Shown: positions 1-9,419, counted from the first letter of the stretch. The stretch is DNA of 64,000 bases from Oscillospiraceae bacterium (GCA_045531575.1 JAZSEG010000316.1:207-64206), one strand, 5' to 3'. A program made the numbers and translations. The notes: generated by a model from the letters alone, not told the origin.

Positions 1-223
1 TGAGACGCTTGTGAGTTCTCAGCTCGAACTGCTCACGGGAGTCCTTGTACTTGTGAACCGCTCTCAGGATAGTGATAACTTCCTTGTTTGTGGGGAGCGG
101 AACGGGACCAGCTACTCTAGCACCTGTGCGTGTTGCTGTCTCAACGATCTTCTTAGCTGCTGCATCAACAACGCTGTGCTCGTAACCCTTGATCTTGATT
201 CTTACCTTCTCATTTGCTGCCAT
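1..223 (-). CDS. rpsJ: 30S ribosomal protein S10 (5' part; runs off the window edge)
   Basis: Not in the ORF track. Minus-strand translation from ATG 223 gives [83 protein letters not shown] upstream. Confidence 0.98.
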   Translation of the reverse strand, partial: MAANEKVRIKIKGYEHSVVDAAAKKIVETATRTGARVAGPVPLPTNKEVITILRAVHKYKDSREQFELRTHKRL

Positions 224-389
224 GATTTTTCAACTCCTTCTGTAGTTTGATGTACTGGCAAAAGCTTATTTTGAAAAATCCACTGTACCGTGTGTTTCAT
301 CTTTTCCGCACCTGCTTGTTAGTTATCCGGATCTTTCCGAACACTTTAACAGCGGGGAGGGGAGCGAACTTCACGTTTTCTGTAAATCT

Positions 390-470
390 TCTGCGCCCGA
401 TTTCAAATCGGACCTGCTCCGTCGAAATTACCGCATTGTTATGCGCAACCTCCGACCTCAACGCCTATGC
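390..470 (-). ncRNA. Putative structured S10-operon leader (S10-Clostridia-type ribosomal leader)
   Basis: Lies in the ~290-nt 5' UTR of rpsJ. The minus strand reads GGCGTTGAGGTCGGAGGTTGCGCATAACAATGCGGTAATTTCGACGGAGCAGGTCCGATTTGAAATCGGGCGC with several short stems. It resembles clostridial rpsJ leaders as I recall them; boundaries are approximate. Confidence 0.55.
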
Positions 471-516
471 CGTTTGTATTATGGCGCATAGCTATAGCTA
501 CACACCCGCAAAAATA

Positions 517-545
517 ATTTTACCATATCCCGAGATTAAATGCAA
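517..545 (-). promoter_or_regulatory. sigmaA promoter of the S10 operon
   Basis: TTGCAT-N17-TAAAAT on the minus strand, with TG upstream of the -10. Confidence 0.75.
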
Positions 546-722
546 GGACTATTTTCGCAGTCCAAAGAGAAATTTGCAGATATATGCAGCTTGTTTTTGT
601 GCAACCTGCACAAAGCCGCACAAAATCGCAGTACAATGCGGAATATCGCAGTTTTATATGCCTATTTGTATATTTTTCGGCTTACATTTCAGGGGTATAC
701 TATTTAAATATATAATGCATCA

Positions 723-1451
723 CTATACACTCAACAAATTCACCGCTTTAGCTATAACTTCTGCCCATATCTCCGACAATTCATCCTCGTTTGCGGGTGC
801 CGCAAGATAGTTCGTATGTGCCTGATTGCCTGTGATGCCCGAAAGCTCGCTCACCATAGGCACGCCCACCGCAATAACGGGCACGCCTACAAATCCTCGG
901 TCAAGCGCAGGGGAGTCGCTATGCACACCCGAGCCCGGCTGCACACCGGTATTGCTTACCTGCACCGTCTTTCCTATCTTCAGGGGATCACAGCAGGCAA
1001 GCGCATCCACCGCCAGTACACACGATACATTCAGCTCACATGCTACACCACGCACCATGCGAGCTGTTTCTATGCCCGTCTTAGCCGAAACATCCGTCTC
1101 AATAGCAACCACTCTGCTGTTTGTGCTGCCGCAGTTCAATTTTCGTATCACTCTGACTCCAAGACTATCCCGCGCCACATCAGGATTGCCCAATCCTGCA
1201 ACCAGTATATGACCTTTGATCGGAAGCAGCTGATGCAAAGCTTTTTCAAGCAACGTCGAAACAGCATGTTCCGTTGGATCTCCTTCAATAGTAATATAGC
1301 GCCCGGCCGCCTTGCCGATCCGATAAGCGTCAAGCTTATTCACACGCACATCTGTGACACACACTCTTCCGAATCTTCTGCGTACTATCTTTGTTCCGCA
1401 CTCCGCCCCAATTGTGATAGCTGCCTCCAAGGCAAGACCTGTTCTGTGCAT
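723..1451 (-). CDS. gpr: GPR spore germination protease family
   Basis: RTxLALEA N-terminus, GRYITIE, GLGNPDV.RDSLG, AVDAL, GVQPGSGV and GVPVIAVGVPMV motifs. Divergent from rpsT, as in Bacillus. Confidence 0.85.
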   Translation of the reverse strand: MHRTGLALEAAITIGAECGTKIVRRRFGRVCVTDVRVNKLDAYRIGKAAGRYITIEGDPTEHAVSTLLEKALHQLLPIKGHILVAGLGNPDVARDSLGVRVIRKLNCGSTNSRVVAIETDVSAKTGIETARMVRGVACELNVSCVLAVDALACCDPLKIGKTVQVSNTGVQPGSGVHSDSPALDRGFVGVPVIAVGVPMVSELSGITGNQAHTNYLAAPANEDELSEIWAEVIAKAVNLLSV

Positions 1452-1489
1452 ATATTCCTCTCCGGCATTAAAAAATTTTCAAAAAACTA

Positions 1490-1518
1490 TTGCATTTTGA
1501 ATTAACTTGTGCTATAAT
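1490..1518 (+). promoter_or_regulatory. sigmaA promoter of rpsT
   Basis: TTGCAT-N17-TATAAT with extended -10 TG. Confidence 0.75.
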
Positions 1519-1667
1519 GAAGTGTACTATGAGAAAAAATAAACCGAGCTTATAAAATTTCAATGTTTACGGCGATATTTTTGGTGAATATAGATAGATT
1601 TCCCTTAAAGATCGTAAAAATACAAAGAAGCTTTTGCTCGTAATAAGAATTACGGAGGTGAAACAGA

Positions 1668-1913
1668 ATGCCGAACATTAAGTCCGCTAAGAAGAGAGTT
1701 CTCGTTGCTAAGCAGAGAACAGAGGCTAACAAGGCTGCAAAGTCCAAGCTCAGAACAGTTATCAAGAAGGCTCGTGCTGAGGAAGCTGATGCTGCTGCTA
1801 TCAAGTCTGCTGTTGTAAGCGTAGACAAGGCTGCAGGTAAGGGCCTGATCCACAAGAACAAGGCTGCCCGCCTCAAGAGCCAGCTCGCTAAGAAGGCTAA
1901 CGCAAGTGCATAA
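1668..1913 (+). CDS. rpsT: 30S ribosomal protein S20
   Basis: MPNIKSAKKRV...DKAAGKGLIHKNKAARLKSQL; GGAGGTG RBS. Confidence 0.98.
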   Translation: MPNIKSAKKRVLVAKQRTEANKAAKSKLRTVIKKARAEEADAAAIKSAVVSVDKAAGKGLIHKNKAARLKSQLAKKANASA

Positions 1914-1929
1914 TTTCCGATAAGGATTT

Positions 1930-1966
1930 CACCCGCTCGCAGCATGCAGGCGGGTGCTTGTTTTTT
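1930..1966 (+). terminator. Intrinsic terminator after rpsT
   Basis: CACCCGC...GCGGGTG stem followed by a T tract. Confidence 0.65.
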
Positions 1967-1988
1967 ATTCCGAACTAAGGTGAATACC

Positions 1989-2666
1989 ATGCTGAAGAAA
2001 GAGATAACGATAAACATCAATGATTTCCCCGACGAGCTGCACGACAAGCTCAAGGATGCAACAATTTACGACAGCAGCTCACACCCATCGGCAACTGTTC
2101 TTTACAGTGATCTGGGTTACTATATCAAGATCGCAGAGAAGGGGCAGTTGGCGAAAGAAGCTGAGATGTCAAGGCTGTTCGAGCACAACGGAATGGGAGT
2201 TCATGTGGTCTCGTACATCTCTGCCGCAAAAGACTATATGGTCACTACCCCCGCAAAGGGCGAGGACGCCCTGCATTATCTGGACGATCCCGAAAGGCTA
2301 TGCACAGTTCTCGCAGATGCAATGAAATTTCTGCACAGCAGACCGATCAGCGATTTTCCCGTATCGCCCTGCATGGACCTGTATGATTCCTCGCCGAATG
2401 GCATACTCATGAAGCGAGATACCCTCATTCACGGCGATCTATGTCTGCCGAATATCATACTGGATAACTGGAAATTCAGCTCATTCATAGATGTTGGTTT
2501 AGCAGGGGTCGGCGACAAGCATATCGATATCTACTGGATGCTCTGGTCTCTCAATCACAATCTGAAAACCGATAAATACACAGATTATTTTCTGGAACTG
2601 TACGGAAAAGACAACCTCGATAAAGACATACTGAAAATAGTTGCTGAAACAGAATCACAGGCATAA
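1989..2666 (+). CDS. Aminoglycoside phosphotransferase (APH(3')-like) family protein
   Basis: YYIK, HGDLCLPNIIL and FIDVG...GDKHIDI motifs. Start moved to ATG 1989 because of the AAGGTG RBS. Confidence 0.8.
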   Translation: MLKKEITININDFPDELHDKLKDATIYDSSSHPSATVLYSDLGYYIKIAEKGQLAKEAEMSRLFEHNGMGVHVVSYISAAKDYMVTTPAKGEDALHYLDDPERLCTVLADAMKFLHSRPISDFPVSPCMDLYDSSPNGILMKRDTLIHGDLCLPNIILDNWKFSSFIDVGLAGVGDKHIDIYWMLWSLNHNLKTDKYTDYFLELYGKDNLDKDILKIVAETESQA

Positions 2667-2706
2667 AAGATCCTCCGCAACAAAATGCGGATAGTCACAA
2701 AGAAGT

Positions 2707-2743
2707 AAATCCAGAGAAGATTTGATTTTCTTCTCTGGATTTT
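2707..2743. terminator. Bidirectional terminator between the APH and GNAT genes
   Basis: 13-bp inverted repeat AAATCCAGAGAAG/CTTCTCTGGATTT between convergent genes. Confidence 0.7.
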
Positions 2744-2773
2744 GTTATTATCTCACCGATAAATTGGAATTTG

Positions 2774-3283
2774 TTATTCAAGATGTAATGTGTAATACGA
2801 AGCTTCAAATGTCTCACTTCCATCATATCTTGAATACTGTCCATATTTTTCAAATTGAAAACCGCATTTCGTTATAACATTTCCTGATGCTTTATTAGCA
2901 TTTGCATGACGTGCTAAAAAATCACGAGCACCGAGATTTTGATAAGCCCATTGAACCATTGCTTCAGCAGCCTCGGTTGCGTATCCCTTACCCCAAAACT
3001 TTCTGTTTAGGTTATAACCCAATTCATAGGCTTTATATTCTGTTCTGTATGTTATAGAACCTGAACCTATTACTTTTCCTGTACTCCTTAAGCAAAAACA
3101 AAATTCATTTTTATCTCCCAAAGTGTTTATCCATTCTTCCGTTTGATGAATATTTTCATGCAAAGGATATGGCATATACATATTTACAATAGGATCACCA
3201 GTCCATTCAAATACATCTTTTGCATCATCTATAGTTAATGGTCTTATTATCATTCTCTCTGTTTCAATTATCTTCACTGTCAT
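2774..3283 (-). CDS. GNAT N-acetyltransferase, RimJ/RimL type
   Basis: IETERMIIRP, ELGYNLNRKFWGKGYATEA and N.AS..VITKCGF motifs. Confidence 0.9.
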   Translation of the reverse strand: MTVKIIETERMIIRPLTIDDAKDVFEWTGDPIVNMYMPYPLHENIHQTEEWINTLGDKNEFCFCLRSTGKVIGSGSITYRTEYKAYELGYNLNRKFWGKGYATEAAEAMVQWAYQNLGARDFLARHANANKASGNVITKCGFQFEKYGQYSRYDGSETFEASYYTLHLE

Positions 3284-3452
3284 TACCTCTCCAAATTCTT
3301 ATTTATCATTGTATTAATTATAACAAAGCATTCACATAAAATCAACGCCATAAACAACACAAAGCCACTTCTGACGCAATATCAAAAGCGGCTTTGTAAT
3401 ACTTCCATATGACTTTCGGACTAACTGTGCTGCGGATTTCGGCTAGAAATAA

Positions 3453-4205
3453 TTACGGAGCAACAAGGATACGACCTGTTCCTCTGTATACATTCACGAG
3501 ACCTTCACCGGAAGCAGCAGAGCCGATGAGTGTCTTTGTGGTTCTCTCAACTGTGAACTGCAGACCGCTGGACCATGCAATAGCATTGTTGCCATCGATC
3601 TTCACTGTATCATTGTTAAGATCCAGCACGATCAGTTCTTCTCTGGGAAGGCTGCACTCAAGCGCAACGATGCCCTGACCTACGATAGCGGTATTGAACA
3701 GACCCTCGCCACCAGCAACTGCAGAAGACAGTGTGCTTCTCATAACTGTCTTGACCTCTGCGCTATCAGAGCAAGCAAGGAACAATCCATCATCAACAGT
3801 AATGCTGCCGCCCCAGTTTGCAAGATCCTCAAACAGGATATACTTCCATGTTGGCTCCAGCACCAGAATACCCTGACCTGTATATCTGGGCTTGATAGCA
3901 GACTCATTCGTAACCTTCGACGAAAGCGCCTTCATGAACATATCTCCCACACCCTTGACATTGGTGGAAGCCTCAATGTTGCCGAGCATCATCTGCATAG
4001 CGCCTGCAGAGATGATAACGCCATTGCCGTTCAGCTCAACGATCACCTGCTTTTTTCTCACGCCCATCGCAGCGGTATAATACGCGGTCTCGGGCGCCTT
4101 TGCAGCAAGGCTCGATACCTTATCATACTCCAGAACAGAGAAATTGCCCAGCTTTGCTGTGACGCGGCGGGCAGGCGAATTGGTAAATGCATCAATAGAA
4201 ACCAT
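3453..4205 (-). CDS. AIM24 family protein
   Basis: AGAMQMMLG, GGEGLFNT, DGNNAIAWS and SGEGLVNVYRGTGRIL motifs. Confidence 0.85.
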   Translation of the reverse strand: MVSIDAFTNSPARRVTAKLGNFSVLEYDKVSSLAAKAPETAYYTAAMGVRKKQVIVELNGNGVIISAGAMQMMLGNIEASTNVKGVGDMFMKALSSKVTNESAIKPRYTGQGILVLEPTWKYILFEDLANWGGSITVDDGLFLACSDSAEVKTVMRSTLSSAVAGGEGLFNTAIVGQGIVALECSLPREELIVLDLNNDTVKIDGNNAIAWSSGLQFTVERTTKTLIGSAASGEGLVNVYRGTGRILVAP

Positions 4206-4234
4206 ATTGATCCCTCCGTATAATTATTTATTCA

Positions 4235-4260
4235 AAAAGCACCTCTTGAGAGGTGCTTTT
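4235..4260 (-). terminator. Terminator after the YegP-family gene
   Basis: AAAAGCACCTC-TTGA-GAGGTGCTTTT perfect hairpin. Confidence 0.7.
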
Positions 4261-4264
4261 ATGA

Positions 4265-4645
4265 TTACTTCTTATCTGCGATAGTGATATCTGCATCAGC
4301 AGCATTCTTACGAACGCTCTCAATGCCGTTCTCGCATGCCTTCTTGCTCTTGTAGCCTTCACTAGAAGCGATAACCTGACCATTCTTAGCCTTCAGGCGG
4401 AAACGAGTCTCACCCTTCTTGTCGGTGTAGATCTCAAACTTGGGGTTCTTAGCAGTTGCGTAGCCCTCAACAGTCTGATCCTCTACATTAGCGATAGGAG
4501 CGTTTGTCTTAACGCTGTTGCAGCCGTTCTTGCAGCTTGCAATAGCCTTGTATACCTCGCCGCCTACAGCAATAGTCTCGCCATTGCCTGCCTTGAGAGC
4601 AAATGTGTAACCTGTCTTTGTTTCGTTGATAACGAACTTGCCCAT
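4265..4645 (-). CDS. YegP family protein (tandem DUF1508)
   Basis: Two repeats of F.LKA.NG..IA..E.YK....C.NG..SV..NA. Confidence 0.9.
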   Translation of the reverse strand: MGKFVINETKTGYTFALKAGNGETIAVGGEVYKAIASCKNGCNSVKTNAPIANVEDQTVEGYATAKNPKFEIYTDKKGETRFRLKAKNGQVIASSEGYKSKKACENGIESVRKNAADADITIADKK

Positions 4646-4707
4646 GATATGTACCGTCCTTTCGTATTATCCGAAGCAGCGCTTCAGTTTCCGTCTTGTA
4701 TACAATA

Positions 4708-4736
4708 ATTATAACAATATTTGAGAATATTGTCAA
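4708..4736 (-). promoter_or_regulatory. Consensus sigmaA promoter of the YegP-family gene
   Basis: TTGACA-N17-TATAAT on the minus strand. Confidence 0.8.
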
Positions 4737-4795
4737 CTAGATAGAGCAAAATCACAAAAAAATCTGTTTATCGCTATGGGATCATGTTAAAACTG

Positions 4796-4824
4796 TTGCA
4801 ATTTCACTTGGAATATTGTATAAT
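4796..4824 (+). promoter_or_regulatory. sigmaA promoter of darA-holB-ricT
   Basis: TTGCAA-N17-TATAAT. Confidence 0.7.
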
Positions 4825-4886
4825 ATAATATGTATAGCTTTAAGGCCGAATGCGACCCATTCTCACATTTTCGGGAGGGATATTAT

Positions 4887-5210
4887 ATGAAACTCATCTA
4901 TGCAATCGTAAACAACGATGACAGCCACGCTGTATCTTCTGCTCTTACCAGAAGTGGTTTTCAGGCAACAAAGCTTGCCTCAACAGGCGGTTTCCTGATG
5001 GCAGGAAACACCACATTTATGATCTGCTCCGAGGATGACAAGGTGGAAGAAGCCATTGAAGTCATCAAGCAGCACAGCCACAAGCGCAAGCAGTTTGTGC
5101 CGAATTCCGCAAACTTCAGCACAGGCGGCTACACCAGCTTCCCTGTGGAGGTCGCTGTGGGTGGCGCAACGATATTTGTGACTAACATAGAAAGATTCGA
5201 GAAGGTATAA
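4887..5210 (+). CDS. darA: Cyclic di-AMP receptor, PII-like (DarA/PstA/YaaQ)
   Basis: MKLIYAIVNNDD, TKLASTGGFL.AGNTTF and VGGATIFV motifs; directly upstream of holB; start after a GGAGG RBS. Confidence 0.92.
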   Translation: MKLIYAIVNNDDSHAVSSALTRSGFQATKLASTGGFLMAGNTTFMICSEDDKVEEAIEVIKQHSHKRKQFVPNSANFSTGGYTSFPVEVAVGGATIFVTNIERFEKV

Positions 5211-6172
5211 TGCGCCTTTACGGAAAGAATACGCTGAAAGAACGGCTTGACGCCATCGCCGCCCGAGATCATCTCCCACACGCTATAATGCTGTACGGCG
5301 AAAAGGGTACAGGCAGGCGTGTGATGGCAAACTACATCGCAAAGCTGTTCATGTGCGGAGCACCGCCCTGCGAAGGCTGCCCCACCTGCTCAAAGATCAA
5401 TGCAAACGCTCACCCCGATGTCATCTTCGTCAAGAAGGAATGTGGCGGCAAATACGGTCTCGACGAGAGCAAGAGCGGTCAGGTGTCTATCCGCCGCATC
5501 ATGGAAGGCGTTGTAGTCAAGCCAAACGACGGCGATATCAAGGTGTATGTATTCGAGGACAGCGACGAAATGTCTGTACAGATACAGAACACCCTGCTGA
5601 AGCTCATTGAAGAGCCTGCACCGTTTCTGAGATTTGTTTTCACCTGCGAAAACACCGATTCCATCATCGAGACCATCCGCTCCCGTGTAACAGAATTTGA
5701 AGTACCCCGTGCCTCGGCAGAGGAGTGCGCTCAGATGCTGATAGACAGCGGGCATCCTGAGGCTCAGTCAAAAGAGCTTGCCGAAACTCTCTCCGGCAAT
5801 ATCGGCAAATGCCTGGATATACTCTCGGGCGAAGGCGATACGCTCTTTATGGAGACCGCCCGCAAAGCCGCTGCGGCTATCGGAAGGAAGGATGCATATT
5901 CGCTTGCCGCTGCCCTTTCGGAGCAAACAGGCAGGCCTGAATTTGCGTCTGTCCTCGGTTATCTCACCGAGATACTCCGTGATGCGCTGGCAAAGCGCTG
6001 CGGAGGAAGCCTTACATCCTGCGGCAAAATAGAAGCAGAAGCCATCGCATCTGCTTACAACGAAGAGCAACTGCTTGATATGCTGGATGCCGTATTCAAG
6101 GTATCCGCCGACGCTGCACTGAATCTGAATCTGGCGCTGAGTGCGTCATATCTTACAACAAAACTGATCTGA
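5210..6172 (+). CDS. holB: DNA polymerase III subunit delta'
   Basis: HAIMLYGEKGTG, Cys4 zinc module followed by HPDV, QNTLLKLIEEP and TIRSR motifs; darA-holB-ricT synteny. Confidence 0.9.
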   Translation: MRLYGKNTLKERLDAIAARDHLPHAIMLYGEKGTGRRVMANYIAKLFMCGAPPCEGCPTCSKINANAHPDVIFVKKECGGKYGLDESKSGQVSIRRIMEGVVVKPNDGDIKVYVFEDSDEMSVQIQNTLLKLIEEPAPFLRFVFTCENTDSIIETIRSRVTEFEVPRASAEECAQMLIDSGHPEAQSKELAETLSGNIGKCLDILSGEGDTLFMETARKAAAAIGRKDAYSLAAALSEQTGRPEFASVLGYLTEILRDALAKRCGGSLTSCGKIEAEAIASAYNEEQLLDMLDAVFKVSADAALNLNLALSASYLTTKLI

Positions 6173-6188
6173 AAATATAAGGAGTACA

Positions 6189-7241
6189 ATGGATAACTAC
6201 TTTACCGAAAAAATCGCACCTAAGAACAATAATCCTGAAAACAACCAGCCTAAACAGGAAAAAAGAGAACCGAAGCCGCAGTATCAGGACAAGCCCCGCA
6301 GCGAACGCCCCGACAGACGCAACAACAAGAACAAGCGTCCCGATGCCCCGAAGCCTGCCGCAGACAGCGGCGTTGAAGTTGAGATAATCGGCATTCGCTT
6401 CAAGGACGTGGGCAAGGTCTACTATTTCTCCCCGAACAAGGTGCAGTTCAAAGCAGGAGAAAAGGCGATCGTTGAGACCGCTCGCGGCATCGAATGCGGC
6501 GAGATAGTCCTCTCCAACCGCATGGTTCCCGAAAGCAATATAGTTCCCCCTTTAAAGAGCATCATCCGCAAGGCGACCGCCGCAGATGAAAAGCAGATGG
6601 AGGAGAACATAAAGAAGGAAAAGGAGATCATGCAGGTGTTCTCCGACAAGATCGCTCAGCACAAGCTGGATATGAAGCCTATCGATATCGACTGCACATT
6701 TGACGGCAGCAAGATACTGTTCTACTTCACATCCGACGGCAGAGTTGATTTCCGTGAGCTTGTGAAGGATCTTGCCGCTATCTACCGCACCAGGATCGAG
6801 CTGAGACAGATTGGCGTAAGAGACGAGGCTAAGATGCTTGGCGGTCTCGGAATCTGCGGCAGACCGTTCTGCTGCTCCAGCTTCCTCGGCGAGTTCCAGC
6901 CTGTTTCCATCAAGATGGCTAAGGAACAGTCGCTCTCGCTTAATCCCACAAAGATCTCAGGCACCTGCGGCAGACTCATGTGCTGTCTGAAGTATGAGCA
7001 GAACTGCTATGACGATTTCCTGCGTACAACTCCTAAGGTCGGCGCTTATGTCGAGACCGAAGAGGGCAGAGGTCATGTTGAGGAAGTAAACCTCCTTACA
7101 GGCATACTGAAGATCAAACTGGACAAGAAGCCTGATGTGCCTTTCACAGTTAAAAAGGACGATGTGAAGGTCATCAAGGATGGTCAGGTAAGACTCAGCA
7201 AGGATGAACTGAAGGCTCTCAAAAATCTTGAGGATAATTAA
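6189..7241 (+). CDS. ricT: RicT/YaaT (PSP1 domain) Fe-S regulatory protein
   Basis: RVDFRELVKDLA, RIELRQIGVRDEAK, GICGRPFCC and ISGTCGRLMCCLKYE motifs. Confidence 0.93.
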   Translation: MDNYFTEKIAPKNNNPENNQPKQEKREPKPQYQDKPRSERPDRRNNKNKRPDAPKPAADSGVEVEIIGIRFKDVGKVYYFSPNKVQFKAGEKAIVETARGIECGEIVLSNRMVPESNIVPPLKSIIRKATAADEKQMEENIKKEKEIMQVFSDKIAQHKLDMKPIDIDCTFDGSKILFYFTSDGRVDFRELVKDLAAIYRTRIELRQIGVRDEAKMLGGLGICGRPFCCSSFLGEFQPVSIKMAKEQSLSLNPTKISGTCGRLMCCLKYEQNCYDDFLRTTPKVGAYVETEEGRGHVEEVNLLTGILKIKLDKKPDVPFTVKKDDVKVIKDGQVRLSKDELKALKNLEDN

Positions 7242-7249
7242 ACAAAGCG

Positions 7250-7279
7250 TTCCCCGCAGAAAAAACTGCGGGGAATTTT
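7250..7279. terminator. Bidirectional terminator
   Basis: TTCCCCGCAG-A6-CTGCGGGGAA between convergent genes. Confidence 0.7.
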
Positions 7280-7284
7280 CTATG

Positions 7285-8505
7285 TTATGCGAGGGGGAAT
7301 GTCTCGCCGTTTATGGAGATGGCTGTGATCTCAGAGATGTCTATTGCTGTGATAGAGGAGTCAGCGGTCTCGCTGTAACGCAATTCTACAATATAATCCT
7401 CACTTAGTTCAATACGGTCGTAGCTTTGTCCGTGGCTGATAACTGTACAAGGTATCTGCTCACCGCTGTCAGAAATAAGATATATCTCGTTATATTCATC
7501 TGTGATGCTTCCGCCCAGTTCGCCGCCAGTGCGTGTCATTTCAAGCCTGCCACTTACGCAGCTGAACTCGCTTTCTATAATAGTAAATTCAGTGTTTCCA
7601 AGACCATTATATCTCTCGTAATACAGGTTTACAGCATCAGTGTCAAGCTGTTTTGTCTTGATAGCTGTTTCATTTGGTTTGTAGAAAAGCTGTACTGTCC
7701 ACTCCAGTTCAAGACCGATTATCCGCTCGTCGTTAATCGCTATGTCAAGCGGCTTGTCCTCGTAGATACTGTCGTTGCCCCACTTGTAAAAGCCCACAGG
7801 AAAATTTGCGGTAGTAGGGTACCAAAAGTACATATCATTCTGCTTTTCAAACTCCTGCAACACTGCTTTGGGATATAGATTCAGATTATCTATGGTTACT
7901 GTTGTTCCGCTGATATCACCATCAGTAATGATCTGGCAATAAACCTCAATATTTCCTGCATCGGTTATATTATACTGCATACGATAGCTCATCGCCGAAA
8001 TATCACGATCCATCGGCACGCCAAGCTTTGTCACGCCCTCCTCTGCTGAACATTCACTCCAGTACTTGGCGGTAAGCACGCCATCCTCCGGAATATTTGT
8101 CATGTAGTCCGAGACAGGCTTGCCGTCAACGCGCTTTATCTCATAGGCAAGCAGCATATCTGATTTAGAGCCTGTCACGCCCTTCAGCTCTATCATATAA
8201 TCATCATCCGATACCGACCATGTGAAATCCTCCGCTGCAACAACAAGCTCGCCTGCAAGCGTTTCATCCTCTGCGCTTATCCTACCGCCGAAGATGCTGT
8301 TGATATCAAGCAGACCCGTCGCCGCAGCCGCAGTAACACCGCCCACCATCAAGACAGCTGCCGCCGCAATTGCCGCAGCAGGTCGGAAGCTGAGCTTTTT
8401 GGCTGTGCTATTTGCTCTGCGGATAATATCATCCGCAAGCTGAACATGATCTTTCCCGTGGGAAATGCCATCGAAATATGTCTTTATCTTATTCATGCCT
8501 TTCAT
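7285..8505 (-). CDS. Putative membrane-anchored anti-sigma factor
   Basis: Short cytoplasmic N-terminus, one Ala-rich TM helix and a large acidic extracellular domain; 4 bp downstream of an ECF sigma. The start may be ATG 8496. Confidence 0.7.
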   Translation of the reverse strand: MKGMNKIKTYFDGISHGKDHVQLADDIIRRANSTAKKLSFRPAAAIAAAAVLMVGGVTAAAATGLLDINSIFGGRISAEDETLAGELVVAAEDFTWSVSDDDYMIELKGVTGSKSDMLLAYEIKRVDGKPVSDYMTNIPEDGVLTAKYWSECSAEEGVTKLGVPMDRDISAMSYRMQYNITDAGNIEVYCQIITDGDISGTTVTIDNLNLYPKAVLQEFEKQNDMYFWYPTTANFPVGFYKWGNDSIYEDKPLDIAINDERIIGLELEWTVQLFYKPNETAIKTKQLDTDAVNLYYERYNGLGNTEFTIIESEFSCVSGRLEMTRTGGELGGSITDEYNEIYLISDSGEQIPCTVISHGQSYDRIELSEDYIVELRYSETADSSITAIDISEITAISINGETFPLA

Positions 8506-8509
8506 CCTT

Positions 8510-8968
8510 TCATGTATCTGTCAGAAAATCTCTCAGCTTATCACGAGCACGCTTCAGACGTATCTTTACATTGGATTCGCTTATCCGCATGATGTGTGCG
8601 ATGTCCCTGACACTATAACCCTCGTAATAGTGAAGATATACAACAAGCCTGTATTCCTCGCCAAGCGTAGCCATAGCATTGTCCAGATCGCTTCCCCGAT
8701 GTGCCTGCGAAACGTCTGTTTCAAGAGTCTCAGTTGACTTCCTTTTCCGTGAGCGCAGCACATCCTTTGATCTGTTCGCCGCAACACGGATAAGCCACGC
8801 CTTAACGTGTTCATCGTCACGAAACGCTTTGCCACTCTGATACAGCTTCATCAACACGTCCTGCATGACATCCTCACTGTCGGGACAACTTTGCGTATAA
8901 CCATAAGCTATACGGTACACCATATCCGAGTATTTTCTGACATAATCGGTAAATATATCATCCTGCAT
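8510..8968 (-). CDS. ECF sigma-70 family RNA polymerase sigma factor
   Basis: DSEDVMQDV, KAWLIRVAAN and LHYYEGYSVRDIA...VKIRLKRAR motifs. Confidence 0.93.
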   Translation of the reverse strand: MQDDIFTDYVRKYSDMVYRIAYGYTQSCPDSEDVMQDVLMKLYQSGKAFRDDEHVKAWLIRVAANRSKDVLRSRKRKSTETLETDVSQAHRGSDLDNAMATLGEEYRLVVYLHYYEGYSVRDIAHIMRISESNVKIRLKRARDKLRDFLTDT

Positions 8969-9000
8969 TCCATCAACTCCTTAAAAGCGCTTTCACTTAT

Positions 9001-9029
9001 AACACGCTGCAGCCTGCCAAACGGTTACA
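9001..9029 (-). promoter_or_regulatory. Putative ECF-type autoregulatory promoter
   Basis: TGTAAC-N17-CGTGTT on the minus strand, matching the AAC/CGT ECF pattern. Confidence 0.55.
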
Positions 9030-9232
9030 CTAATTATAAAAGCTTGCGCAAACCCGCTCCGCAAGTGAACTTGAGTTAACCGCAAACAAATAAAGAGAGT
9101 TAGTCTATCCTTTGTCGGTATTTCACATAAATTTATTATGAATTTGTAGAAATAGGCACTTGATTTTTTTGAAAAATATGATACAATATATTAAAGGGGT
9201 AAAACCCGAACTAATCAAGGAGGTATACCACA

Positions 9233-9403
9233 ATGGCTTATGTAATCAATGATGAGTGCATCGCTTGCGGCGCTTGCGCAGGTGACTGCCCCGTAAACGC
9301 TATCTCTGAGGGCGACGGCAAGTACGTTATCGACGCTGATACATGCATCGACTGCGGCGCTTGTGCAGGTTCCTGCCCCGTTGGCGCTCCTGTAGAGGGC
9401 TAA
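9233..9403 (+). CDS. 2x[4Fe-4S] ferredoxin (56 aa)
   Basis: Not in the ORF track. MAYVINDECIACGACAGDCPVNAISEGDGKYVIDADTCIDCGACAGSCPVGAPVEG has two CxxCxxCxxxCP motifs. AAGGAGG RBS; TTGATT-N16-TACAAT promoter at 9160-9187. Confidence 0.97.
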   Translation: MAYVINDECIACGACAGDCPVNAISEGDGKYVIDADTCIDCGACAGSCPVGAPVEG

Positions 9404-9419
9404 TACTTAGCTTATGCTG

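Noticed and set aside
11-810. Plus-strand ORFs 11-250 and 247-810
   Set aside because: They are antisense to rpsJ, its leader and its promoter, with no protein-like motifs.
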